Of a DNA stretch of 62,315 nt, positions 23,238 through 32,237 are shown one piece after another. The position numbers and the translations under genes are program-made. The first letter of the stretch is position 1. Each line of letters opens with the position of its first letter. The stretch spans positions 1 to 62,315 of the forward strand of contig JAFULX010000002.1 in NCBI GenBank assembly GCA_017483065.1. The letters run 5' to 3'. The notes under the pieces were generated by a model. That model searched no databases. It was given only the letters and a program-made list of their open reading frames with translations, and was not told the origin of the DNA. This DNA is from Clostridia bacterium. Its GTDB lineage: Bacteria; Bacillota; Clostridia; UBA1381.

Positions 23238-25080
23238 TATAAATTTATTTGATTTATTTGTTCGCATTGGCGTAAAAGACGAGGCGAGCGATAAAGTAAG
23301 CGAGATAACAAGCAAACTCGGAAACGGTTTGAAAACTGCCGCCAAAGTCGGATTAGCGGCTGTCGGGGCGGCGGCTACTGGCATTGCCACGTTATCGGGT
23401 ATGGCGATAAAGAATTTTGCCGAATATGAGCAACTTGTCGGAGGCGTTGATACGCTTTTTAAGGGTGCAAGCAAAAAGTTGCAAAAGTACGCCTCCGAGG
23501 CATATCGCACAGTCGGAATGTCGGCAAATGATTATATGTCGAATGTAACTTCCTTCTCGGCGGCTCTTATCAATGCTCTTGGCGGTGATACGGAGTTAGC
23601 GGCAGACAAGGCAAACAAAGCTATGACGATTATGTCCGATAATGCTAACAAGATGGGTACAGATTTGCAAAACGTTGTCGACACCTTCCAGTCATTAAGC
23701 CGTGGCAATTTTGCTATGCTGGACAATTTAAAGCTCGGCTACGGAGGAAGTAAGGCGGAGCTTGAAAGATTGCTTGCTGATGCGGAAGCATATAAATCAG
23801 CTATGGGCGAGATAGTCGACTATGATATATCCAATTTTGCAGATATAATTGATGCTGTCGGGGTTATACAAGATAAGCTCGGAATAACTGGAGCGACTGC
23901 ACAAGAGGCGGCAGGGACTATAAGCGGCTCGTTCTCAATGATGAAGTCCGCTTGGAAAAATCTTGTAACAGGTATTGCGGCTGATGACCTCGATTTTGAC
24001 GAACTTGTCGACAATTTTGTTTATTCTGTGGATGCCGTTGCAGATAACCTTCTGCCGAGAATCGAAAAAGCAATAAACGGAGCAAGCAAGCTGATAAGCA
24101 AACTCTTACCGAAGATATTGCAGAGAATACCGCAGATTCTTAAAGATAATCTCCCTGTGCTTCTCGGTGCAGTAGGCGACATAATACAGGCAATATTACC
24201 TGTAATTCGTGAATCTTTACCTGTTCTTCTCGATGCGGTGCTTATGCTTGTAGATATGATAATTGACAATGCAGATGAGTTTACCGAGGCGGCAGTAGAA
24301 ATAGTGCTTGTCTTAACGGAAGGACTTTTCAACGCTCTTCCTCGTCTGCTCGATAGAATCCCTGAATTATGCGACAAGATTATTACAGGTATCATAAGCG
24401 GATTGACAGGACTTTCCCCTGAAGTCGCAGGAGTTTTTGGAGATATAGGAGCAAATGCTTTAAATCAATTCACAACGCCGCTGAAAACTATACAAGCCTT
24501 TTTATCAGGAGATTTGGCAAAGGCTGTGCAGATAGGCGGAGAGGGATTTATCGGCTCTGTTCGTAATTTATTTAACATCATAGACGGAATTTTCGGCACA
24601 AATCTTTCCAAATGGTATGATGACGTTTATAATTTCTGGTTTGATGCAGGTGCGAAGCTCTACGAAATGATGAACGCAGGTCAGATAGAGGAAACAGAAC
24701 TAAAAACTCGCACATCTGCCGCAAGACAGAATACAAGGTTAGCGGCAAATGAGTATATGCGACAAGGATATTCGCCTGAAGAAGCACTTGAAATGGCGAA
24801 AAAGGAAAATCTCAAAACTTCCGAGGACATCTACGCTTGGGATAAATGGGGCGGATATGATGTCAACGAAGCTTATAACAATCTCTATGCAAGCGGACAA
24901 ATTGAAGGCACAGACAGAAGCTATTTTTCAAATTCGTTTGCATCAGAAACAGCATCCGCATATCCCGAGCCAGTCAATATCTCTGTGCAGTTAAGAGGCG
25001 GTACAGAAATCGGCAGAGCGTTCATAAGCGATATGAACTCGGCAAGAAGAGTAGACGGCTCTTCGATATATGCTAATTAA
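23230..25080 (+). CDS. Tape measure protein
   Basis: 616 aa, GTG start, helical Ala/Leu/Gly-rich repeats, position after chaperones. Confidence 0.85.
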   Translation: MIDINLFDLFVRIGVKDEASDKVSEITSKLGNGLKTAAKVGLAAVGAAATGIATLSGMAIKNFAEYEQLVGGVDTLFKGASKKLQKYASEAYRTVGMSANDYMSNVTSFSAALINALGGDTELAADKANKAMTIMSDNANKMGTDLQNVVDTFQSLSRGNFAMLDNLKLGYGGSKAELERLLADAEAYKSAMGEIVDYDISNFADIIDAVGVIQDKLGITGATAQEAAGTISGSFSMMKSAWKNLVTGIAADDLDFDELVDNFVYSVDAVADNLLPRIEKAINGASKLISKLLPKILQRIPQILKDNLPVLLGAVGDIIQAILPVIRESLPVLLDAVLMLVDMIIDNADEFTEAAVEIVLVLTEGLFNALPRLLDRIPELCDKIITGIISGLTGLSPEVAGVFGDIGANALNQFTTPLKTIQAFLSGDLAKAVQIGGEGFIGSVRNLFNIIDGIFGTNLSKWYDDVYNFWFDAGAKLYEMMNAGQIEETELKTRTSAARQNTRLAANEYMRQGYSPEEALEMAKKENLKTSEDIYAWDKWGGYDVNEAYNNLYASGQIEGTDRSYFSNSFASETASAYPEPVNISVQLRGGTEIGRAFISDMNSARRVDGSSIYAN

Positions 25081-25096
25081 GAAAGGCGGTACAAAA

Positions 25097-25462
25097 ATGA
25101 AATATTTCTTTAAAATCAACGATACGGAATTTTCAAATTGTTCCGCCTTATCGGTTGCAGATGTGTACAGAGGCGAAACAAAGAAACAAACGCTTTCAGG
25201 AACGCTTTTGTACGATAGGATTGGCAATGCAAAGCTACAGGCAACGGCAAAGCTGAATATGATTACAGAAGCAGAAATGCAAGCGTTAAGAGATGCGGTA
25301 AGCGATATGACGGCAACAGTCAGCTTTTATCGAGGCTCTGTTCTTGTTGAAAAAACAATGAGAATAGAGCCGTTTACCGAGCCTACGCCAATATATCTGG
25401 GCGGAAAATTGGACAATGGTATAATTTACGGCACGTTAAATATTAAGGCGGTGGAATTATGA
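25097..25462 (+). CDS. Tail component in the distal-tail-protein position
   Basis: 121 aa after tape measure; ATG 25097 with GAAAGG RBS (track ORF starts at 25070). Confidence 0.45.
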   Translation: MKYFFKINDTEFSNCSALSVADVYRGETKKQTLSGTLLYDRIGNAKLQATAKLNMITEAEMQALRDAVSDMTATVSFYRGSVLVEKTMRIEPFTEPTPIYLGGKLDNGIIYGTLNIKAVEL

Positions 25463-28209
25463 GAGCGATTTCAGAAAATCTGCTTAACAAAATACAATCA
25501 AATACAAGAGCTTATGACATAATGCTTACAGTATATCATAGATATATAGATGCAGACAAAAATATCAGCTTTGATACTTCTACCGATTACTCGTCAAATG
25601 CGGAACTGCTCGGTGTTTCAAGCTTACATGGTGCTACTACTGGATATTTACAGCTTGGCAAAACTTTTGTGAGCGAGATTGATTTCTCGCTTACAAAGAA
25701 TGCCGTTTGCCGTGTAGGTGACAAGGTTAAACTTTGGCTTGACTTTGGCGAAGGCGATACCATAACGCTTGCTACAGCTTATGTCGATACCGTTTCGCAC
25801 GACCAATGGCAGAGTAACTTTACCGCATATGATAAAATGATGCAGTTAAATAAAGCGTATATATCCGAGTTGACTTACCCTGCATCAGCATCAGCGGTAG
25901 TGGACGAGATTTGCGAGCAGACGGGACTTGAATTAGAGCCGTTTGTGTTCGAGTGCAATCCAACGCTGAAAGTTGCTCCCGTATCTCCTAACACAGATTA
26001 CAACGGCAATTCCGTCTATTATTCATACCGAGAGATACTCGGATATATCGCCCTTGCCAATGCTTCAAATGTGGTTATTGATGAAGAAACGGAAAAACTG
26101 AAATTCGTCAAATATACGGATAGTGGCTCTGTCTTTGATTATAACAAGACAATTCGCAGGACTATCAATAATGAAAATTATGTGATAAATGCTATTAAGG
26201 TAAGCGATACTGGATATAGCGAAGGAAACGCAAAAGGCGAATTTGAAGTGTTTTTCCCTCTGCAAATTACACAGCCAAAAGAATATATTTATTCTTATCT
26301 TACAACTTTCTTTGTTGGACTTTCCTATATCGGTATGACTGCACAAAAGCAAGGCTACGGCATATATCAGATAGGCGATTTAGTCGATTATGCCGATTTT
26401 GACGAACAAAATTATACTTTTGCTGTAATGGGTGTAAAGTATGATTTTAGCGGAGGCTATTTTACGGAACAGCTTTATTCCCTTGCTCCGTCAGAAATGG
26501 AAGCGGAATATTCAGGCGGCATCTATGTGGGACAAAACAACACGAATATTAAAAATCCCGTTATCATATCAGAAAAAAGCAAAAGCTATTTAAAATATGA
26601 TTATACTTCAGTCGGCTACATTAAAGGCGATGAAGCAAGTTATGGAAGCGAAGAAAATACCGTTATTAACAACGGGTATTTGTTGCTGAGAAGCTCGCAA
26701 GCAATAGACGGAGATTTTGTATATAAAAGAATAGATTTCCCCGTTGGATATAATCTCGAAACAAATGCGGCGGTAAGCGATAAAAGGTCAAAAGTAACTA
26801 ATGTAGCAATATATTGTCATCTAGCGGAAGTCGATAGCACAGGCGGCAGGGATATAGAAGTTTATGTTAATTTTGTCGATGAAGACGGAGTGCTAGTTGG
26901 ATATCGCTTCACATACTTTTACGTGGTGTCAGGAGCGGATTGGGGAATTGTTGCAAGATGGGAAAAGTTATATTCTCCCACAGAAGAAAAGCCTTATGGT
27001 TATGCAGATATAAGCTTTAATGCTGTATCTTATGTGGAAGGGGAATGGAAACAAGAATACACTACTCTTTATTGCAATGTCGAGATTCCGTTTGCTAATA
27101 TTAACGAGTATAATATGGCAGTGCAATTAACAAACGTGCCTCTTGAAGTCTACGATGTCACACAAAACGTGATGCAAATAGTAGAAGGTGACAAATATGC
27201 AGACCTCCCTGAAATTGGTACTGCTGATACTCTCTATGTGACTTATCAGCCACCTGCTGTATATAAGTATTCAACAGTTACACAAAGTTATTATTGTGTA
27301 GGCAGGAATTACAAAGAGATACAAAGAATAGTATCGACTACCAAGCCTGATGATAACGAGGTAGCGACATACAAAGTGCCTATAGTTTTTGATGTCCGCA
27401 CCAAAGCGGAATGGGAACTCGAAGCAAACACAGTTTTCCCGAAAGGATTTGTAATTTTCGAACAAGAGCCTGAAACAAGAGAGAAAACAAAAATAAAAAT
27501 TGCAAACGGCATTGACAAGTTAAGCGATTTGGCTTATAATGGTATTGATGAATCCTTGCTCGAAGGGAAAGCGGATAAAACAGAAGTAACTGCACTTCAG
27601 AGCGATGTGACGGAGCTGCAGAAGAGCAGAAGAAACTACATATACAATTCCGCATTTCTGTACGGCTCGGACGGATGGGTGCTTGATACAAACTGCGCTG
27701 TGGATAAAACCAGGCTGTATAACTGTCATCCTACAGTAAAGCTCAATCAGATGGGACTTTCTGCGGCGGCGTATAACGGCGTATCTTCTACGGCTCTGCC
27801 GATAAAGGATAAGTCGGAAATGAAGTCGGGAGAGCTTTGGAACTTCAGTTGTAAATATTATGCCGAGGATATAAGCACCATAGACCAGCCGATTCTCTTT
27901 CAGATTCAGGGCATAGCAGAAGGAGCTACGGCACTTTCGGTAATTGCACAGCGTTCTGTGGCGGCAGACGGTATAACCGCAGGAGAATGGCAGGAAATGA
28001 GCTTCAGTTTTACGCCTGCACAGAATTATTCAGCCTGTATGGTAAACTGCTTCCTGATTCAGAACGGTGTGCTGTGGTTTGCAGATTTCAAGCTTGAAAA
28101 GAACAATAAATCCACAGAATGGATTCCTGCTTATGAAGATGCAGGAATAATGGCAGAACGCATAGCAACGCTTGAAGCGGCACTTCTTTCATTGGGAGGT
28201 GAGGTATAA
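25459..28209 (+). CDS. Tail-associated / receptor-binding protein with C-terminal carbohydrate-binding-like module
   Basis: 916 aa after Dit-position gene; coiled segment KADKTEVTALQSDVTELQ then beta-rich domain ending WFADFKLEKNNKSTEWIPAYED. Confidence 0.65.
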   Translation: MRAISENLLNKIQSNTRAYDIMLTVYHRYIDADKNISFDTSTDYSSNAELLGVSSLHGATTGYLQLGKTFVSEIDFSLTKNAVCRVGDKVKLWLDFGEGDTITLATAYVDTVSHDQWQSNFTAYDKMMQLNKAYISELTYPASASAVVDEICEQTGLELEPFVFECNPTLKVAPVSPNTDYNGNSVYYSYREILGYIALANASNVVIDEETEKLKFVKYTDSGSVFDYNKTIRRTINNENYVINAIKVSDTGYSEGNAKGEFEVFFPLQITQPKEYIYSYLTTFFVGLSYIGMTAQKQGYGIYQIGDLVDYADFDEQNYTFAVMGVKYDFSGGYFTEQLYSLAPSEMEAEYSGGIYVGQNNTNIKNPVIISEKSKSYLKYDYTSVGYIKGDEASYGSEENTVINNGYLLLRSSQAIDGDFVYKRIDFPVGYNLETNAAVSDKRSKVTNVAIYCHLAEVDSTGGRDIEVYVNFVDEDGVLVGYRFTYFYVVSGADWGIVARWEKLYSPTEEKPYGYADISFNAVSYVEGEWKQEYTTLYCNVEIPFANINEYNMAVQLTNVPLEVYDVTQNVMQIVEGDKYADLPEIGTADTLYVTYQPPAVYKYSTVTQSYYCVGRNYKEIQRIVSTTKPDDNEVATYKVPIVFDVRTKAEWELEANTVFPKGFVIFEQEPETREKTKIKIANGIDKLSDLAYNGIDESLLEGKADKTEVTALQSDVTELQKSRRNYIYNSAFLYGSDGWVLDTNCAVDKTRLYNCHPTVKLNQMGLSAAAYNGVSSTALPIKDKSEMKSGELWNFSCKYYAEDISTIDQPILFQIQGIAEGATALSVIAQRSVAADGITAGEWQEMSFSFTPAQNYSACMVNCFLIQNGVLWFADFKLEKNNKSTEWIPAYEDAGIMAERIATLEAALLSLGGEV

Positions 28210-28427
28210 TGGCACTTAATTTCGGTGAATGGGTAGTCAGAGTTGCTGTAAATGGTGTAAAGGCAGGCTCATTCGGGAAAGAATGGGCGGCTTTACAGCT
28301 TGCAGACTACTACACGAGAGGAAAGATTACAGAAGCGGATTTAATCGCTTTTGACGAGGAAATAACCGCTTACGAACAACAGCTTGAAGAAGAAAGAAAA
28401 ATGGCAGAAGAGGAAGTGATAGTATAG
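28209..28427 (+). CDS. XkdX-like small tail-region protein
   Basis: 72 aa; YYTRGKITEADLIAFDEEITAYE resembles XkdX family; TAG stop. Confidence 0.45.
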   Translation: MALNFGEWVVRVAVNGVKAGSFGKEWAALQLADYYTRGKITEADLIAFDEEITAYEQQLEEERKMAEEEVIV

Positions 28428-28774
28428 AAAGCACGATTTTATGCGCCTTAATAACTGGCACAGTAACTATTATTTGTGCGATTATCACAGCGAATACCGC
28501 CTCGAAAAATAAGAAAATCGCAGAAGAAAACAAAAGAATAATCCAAGACCAAGAACAGTTAGATGCAGTCAAAGAAGGACTGCAATGCTTGTTAAGGCAG
28601 AGCATCATATCAAGCCACGATAAATGGAATGAGCGTAAATACTGCCCGATATATGCAAAGGAAAGCCTTACAAGAGCTTATGACAGCTATCACAGATTAG
28701 GCGGTAACGATGTAGCAACCGCCTTATATAAGCAAACTCTATCTTTACCAACAGAAAGGACTGAAATTAGATGA
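28424..28774 (+). CDS. Membrane protein of the lysis region; no canonical start codon (boundary uncertain)
   Basis: Frame open 28388..28774 (129 codons); TM segment ILCALITGTVTIICAIITA lies upstream of the first ATG/GTG/TTG (28589); GAGGAAG sits 7 nt before ATA 28424. Confidence 0.4.
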   Translation: MESTILCALITGTVTIICAIITANTASKNKKIAEENKRIIQDQEQLDAVKEGLQCLLRQSIISSHDKWNERKYCPIYAKESLTRAYDSYHRLGGNDVATALYKQTLSLPTERTEIR

Positions 28775-28995
28775 AAGAGTTAAAAAGAAAGCTTTCAAGC
28801 CGCAAGTTATGGCTCGCTATCGCAGGATTTGTCGCTGGACTTATCCTTGCATTTGGCGGCACGCAGGAAGCGGCAGACACAACAACTGGTTGCATTATGT
28901 CGGGAGCATCTGTTATAGCTTACATCCTTGCAGAAGGATTTGCAGACGGAAAGGCGGCAGAGCAGAAGAAAGAGGGCGGAAACGATGAAAGTTAA
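28771..28995 (+). CDS. Putative holin (two TM helices, charged C-terminus)
   Basis: 74 aa, LWLAIAGFVAGLILAFGG and GCIMSGASVIAYILAEGF, directly upstream of endolysin. Confidence 0.6.
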   Translation: MKELKRKLSSRKLWLAIAGFVAGLILAFGGTQEAADTTTGCIMSGASVIAYILAEGFADGKAAEQKKEGGNDES

Positions 28996-30055
28996 GGGTG
29001 TAGATTTATCGTATGTTCAGGAAGGCATTAATTACAACGCTCTCGTTGAGGATGATGTCAAATTCGCAATTATTCGTCTCGGATTTGCCGATAAGGAAGA
29101 TATTACAGCGGCAGGACATATCAAAGGTTGCCAAAATCACGGAATTGATTATGGTTACTACTGGTACAGCTATGCTATGAGCGTAGAAGAAGCAAAGAAA
29201 GAGGCAGAGGCTTGTATTTCAGCAATCAATAAATACAATCGCCCTAATTATCCGATTTTCTACGATTTTGAAGAAAAAAATCAAGCGGAAATGCTCGACA
29301 AGGCAACAAAAACAGAAATAGTTACTACTTTCTGTGATACAGTCATAGCCGCAGGTTATAAATGCGGAGTGTACGCAAGCGGCTCTTGGTTCGGTGTACA
29401 TCTCGACACGGAAAAGCTGAAAGGCTATGATATTTGGCTCGCTCATTGGACTTATAATCCCGAAATCCCTACAAGCTATGATGTAGGTCAGACTATGTGG
29501 CAATGGGGATTAGATGTAATCGGTAGTATGGAAGTTGACGGAGATATCTGTTATGTTGATTATCCTGCAATTATGGAAAAGTTCTACAAGGAACATCAGC
29601 CAAAGGAAGAGGAAAAGCCTGTTGAAGAAGAAGTAAAACCGCCTTTTGCCGATGGCGAAAAGGTAAAATTAAAGTATGGTTGCTCTTTTTCCGATGGTAC
29701 TTTGCCTTTCACATTTGTTTATTTGACTGCTTTCGACATAATCCAGTATAGCAAGGATTATTCTGAGGCTCTTATTGGATTAAACGGCAATTACACAGGA
29801 TGGGTTTACACAAAAGACCTTTATCCTGCAAATTCGCAACCTGAAGTTGACGAAAACAAGCTGAACAAGGGCGACAAGGTAAAAGTTAAAGAGGGAGCAA
29901 CAGACTACAGCGGAAAGCCTCTTGCATCTTTCGTATATCAGCAGGTATATGAAGTAATGCAGGTGGGTACTATCGCAGACCCCGATTATATCGTAATCGG
30001 GCAGGGCGGAGAGGTGACAGCGGCTCTCCGTGATGATGATTTGTATAAGGTGTGA
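28985..30055 (+). CDS. Endolysin: GH25 muramidase with two C-terminal SH3b-like repeats
   Basis: KGVDLSYVQEGINYNAL...FAIIRLGF...GYYWYSYA...IFYDFEE (GH25 pattern); duplicated GxKVK(L/V)K...FVY motif at the C-terminus. Confidence 0.85.
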   Translation: MKVKGVDLSYVQEGINYNALVEDDVKFAIIRLGFADKEDITAAGHIKGCQNHGIDYGYYWYSYAMSVEEAKKEAEACISAINKYNRPNYPIFYDFEEKNQAEMLDKATKTEIVTTFCDTVIAAGYKCGVYASGSWFGVHLDTEKLKGYDIWLAHWTYNPEIPTSYDVGQTMWQWGLDVIGSMEVDGDICYVDYPAIMEKFYKEHQPKEEEKPVEEEVKPPFADGEKVKLKYGCSFSDGTLPFTFVYLTAFDIIQYSKDYSEALIGLNGNYTGWVYTKDLYPANSQPEVDENKLNKGDKVKVKEGATDYSGKPLASFVYQQVYEVMQVGTIADPDYIVIGQGGEVTAALRDDDLYKV

Positions 30056-30062
30056 GGTTAAA

Positions 30063-30383
30063 ATGGAAGAAAAGAATAATATAGCAAGCGTTCCCTATAT
30101 CGTCTATGAAAGTGCGATGGCGAGGAACGAAAGAACATTTAAAAAAATGTGGGGTGCTTTAATTCTGCTGATATTACTGCTTGTCGGCTCTAATGTAGGT
30201 TGGCTGATTTATGAAAGCCAGTTTGAAACAGTAGAAGTCTATCAAGAGGTAGAACAAGAAGCGGAAGACGGCACAAATGACTTTATAGGTGGTGACTACT
30301 ATGGCGAAGCAGAAGATAAAGACAGTAATCAAGAAGCGAGTGAAGAAGAACGCGCCGACACAGAAGACTTGTCCGACCTGTAA
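30063..30383 (+). CDS. Membrane protein with acidic C-terminal tail (lysis-cassette associated)
   Basis: GAGGT RBS, ATG 30063; single TM WGALILLILLLVGSNVGWLIY. Confidence 0.55.
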   Translation: MEEKNNIASVPYIVYESAMARNERTFKKMWGALILLILLLVGSNVGWLIYESQFETVEVYQEVEQEAEDGTNDFIGGDYYGEAEDKDSNQEASEEERADTEDLSDL

Positions 30384-30418
30384 GGGACTTGGAAAAATCA
30401 AGAAATGAGGCTTGCGAA

Positions 30419-30709
30419 ATGCTTATTTATGTAGCTCACGCTTACGGCGGCAACGCCGAAAACCTTGAAAAAGCGAAGAAAATCATACACGATTTGCAAA
30501 CGAAAGACACGGAAAATTGCTACATTTCGCCGTTATCAGCCTTTTCTCACCTCGGCTATGGCGAGATAGGGTACGAGCAGGAAATGGATTTGTGCATAGA
30601 TTTGCTTTCGGTTTGCGATATGCTTTTGGTTGCTTCGGAAATATCAAGAGGTGTACAAGCGGAGATAGATTTTGCCAAGCTCGTCAAAATGGAGATAAAG
30701 TATATATGA
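30419..30709 (+). CDS. DUF1937/DUF4406-like (nucleoside 2-deoxyribosyltransferase-like fold) protein
   Basis: MLIYVAHAYGG...YISPLSAFSH...CDMLLVASEISRGVQAEIDFA fits that pattern. Confidence 0.45.
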   Translation: MLIYVAHAYGGNAENLEKAKKIIHDLQTKDTENCYISPLSAFSHLGYGEIGYEQEMDLCIDLLSVCDMLLVASEISRGVQAEIDFAKLVKMEIKYI

Positions 30710-30921
30710 AAAATATCGAAAACTATGATTTGCCTCGGGGTGAATGGGAAAAGTTGATTGACGATTGGATTTTTTCTTCCGTTTATCGTCAAATGTTGAA
30801 AGACCGTCTGTTAGACGGCGTTTGCTTCGAGGCTTTAGCAAAAAAACACGGCTATTCCGTACAGCATACAAAATCTATCATCTACAAGAGTATGGAAAAG
30901 CTAATAAAACATATAAAATAA
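30706..30921 (+). CDS. Sigma-70 region-4-like helix-turn-helix regulator (71 aa)
   Basis: WIFSSVYRQMLKDRLLDGVCFEALAKKHGYSVQHTKSIIYKSMEKL resembles sigma region 4 / late-regulator HTH proteins. Confidence 0.5.
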   Translation: MKNIENYDLPRGEWEKLIDDWIFSSVYRQMLKDRLLDGVCFEALAKKHGYSVQHTKSIIYKSMEKLIKHIK

Positions 30922-30941
30922 AACAAAATACAGACTTTTTC

Positions 30942-30975
30942 AAGACCTTTGCTTGCTTGCGGAGGTCTTATTTTT
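30942..30975 (+). terminator. Intrinsic terminator
   Basis: aagacct-(14-nt loop)-aggtctt followed by aTTTTT. Confidence 0.55.
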
Positions 30976-31029
30976 ATGCTATTATTAGGGCAGAAAGAGA
31001 GGTGTGTTGCCTTGATAGAAGAAATTCTG

Positions 31030-31179
31030 ATGTCGAATGAACGGCTTTTGTCTTTGCCTTACTGGACTACCTACAGGGCAATACAAATCCTTGTTGAAGA
31101 GAAGTTGATAGACGAAAAGAAAGCAAAGTTATATGTGGATATGCAAAAACGAAAATCCCCAAAACAATCGTGTAGGTGA
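31030..31179 (+). CDS. Small hypothetical protein (start uncertain)
   Basis: Part of track ORF 30949..31179, whose first 27 codons overlap the terminator; weak RBS. Confidence 0.3.
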   Translation: MSNERLLSLPYWTTYRAIQILVEEKLIDEKKAKLYVDMQKRKSPKQSCR

Positions 31180-31513
31180 TTGCGTAATCCGGGCGATAAG
31201 TACCGCCTTAAATCAGGATTGGCAGACGACTTTTATTGAATTATCTGTACAAGGCTTGATGATGTGCGATTTAACTTCAAGTAATGCCGTTTGGGGCGAA
31301 TACCTGAAAAGAAAAGGCTACAAGAAAAAGCCTATAGTCAATGATTGCAACTGTTATACTATAGAGGATTTCTGCAAGGATTATCCAAGCGGAACATATA
31401 TCCTTGGCACTGGTACACACGCTGTTGCGGTTATCGATGGCAATTACTACGATTTTTGGCAGAGTGGGAATGAACTCCCGATATATTACTTTGAGAAAGA
31501 AAGCGAGTGTTAA
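31133..31513 (+). CDS. Hypothetical protein with conserved Cys/His pair (possible papain-like fold)
   Basis: VGDCVIRAIS...GTHAVAVIDGNYYDFWQSG; family I recall as common in Firmicutes phages/plasmids, function unknown. Confidence 0.5.
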   Translation: MWICKNENPQNNRVGDCVIRAISTALNQDWQTTFIELSVQGLMMCDLTSSNAVWGEYLKRKGYKKKPIVNDCNCYTIEDFCKDYPSGTYILGTGTHAVAVIDGNYYDFWQSGNELPIYYFEKESEC

Positions 31514-31515
31514 AA

Positions 31516-31983
31516 ATGGCTTATCCTAACTATTATCAGAATTACTATGGAGCTGTACCCGATATGCTCAATCAACAAAAGATGCCGTATCAGATGCAAC
31601 AAGCACAAATGCCTATGCAAATGCCGTCAGACCCATTACTTTGGGTCTTGGGCGAGGTCGAAGCGATGTCCTACCCCGTAGCACCAAATAACACGGTTGT
31701 GCTGTGGGATAAAAACGAGCCTGTCATCTATGTAAAATCGGCAAATATGCAGGGCGTTCCGTCAATTAAAGTGCTTGATTTCACGGAAAGACAGCCAAAT
31801 GCTCCAGAACGCACGCAAACGCCCCAAAAACACGAATGCAAATGCGGTGACAAGTTTATACTAAAAGAGGATTTCAACGCCTTACAGAACGAATTAGCGA
31901 CATTACGAAGCGAGTTTGAAAACTTTACCGCAAAACAGACTACAAAAAGCACAAAATCGAAGGGAGAAACAGTAGATGGCTAA
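31516..31983 (+). CDS. Hypothetical protein: Tyr/Gln/Met/Pro-rich N-terminus, globular core, C-terminal coiled coil
   Basis: MAYPNYYQNYYGAVPDMLNQQKMPYQMQQAQMPMQMP...; ATG 31516 right after previous stop. Confidence 0.55.
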   Translation: MAYPNYYQNYYGAVPDMLNQQKMPYQMQQAQMPMQMPSDPLLWVLGEVEAMSYPVAPNNTVVLWDKNEPVIYVKSANMQGVPSIKVLDFTERQPNAPERTQTPQKHECKCGDKFILKEDFNALQNELATLRSEFENFTAKQTTKSTKSKGETVDG

Positions 31984-32164
31984 TCCTTTATATCAAAATC
32001 AGCCAAATCAAAGAGAAATGATACTTGCACAGGCTATGGAATTAAAAAACAGCCTGAAAGTAAATCCGAGAGAAGAAGTCAACAGGCTTTTAGCTTCGGG
32101 ACAGATGTCACAGGATGATTTCAACCGCTTTGTGCAGGTAGCAAGAGCGATTCTCGGCAATTAA
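31976..32164 (+). CDS. Hypothetical protein (62 aa)
   Basis: Start overlaps previous gene end; helical. Confidence 0.5.
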   Translation: MANPLYQNQPNQREMILAQAMELKNSLKVNPREEVNRLLASGQMSQDDFNRFVQVARAILGN

Positions 32165-32237
32165 CGGCTATAATTGAGAGCGTACGGCTCAATTCGGCAA
32201 TATAAAAAAGAAAAAACAAAAGAAAGGGGACAAATTT

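Larger units (their letters stand above)
1..26354. repeat. Copy A of a 26,354-bp direct repeat (period 35,961 bp)
   Basis: Every track ORF from 195 to 26352 recurs at +35,961 with identical translation; spot-checked bases (100-130 vs 36061-36091; 10531-10605 vs 46492-46566) identical. Confidence 0.95.
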
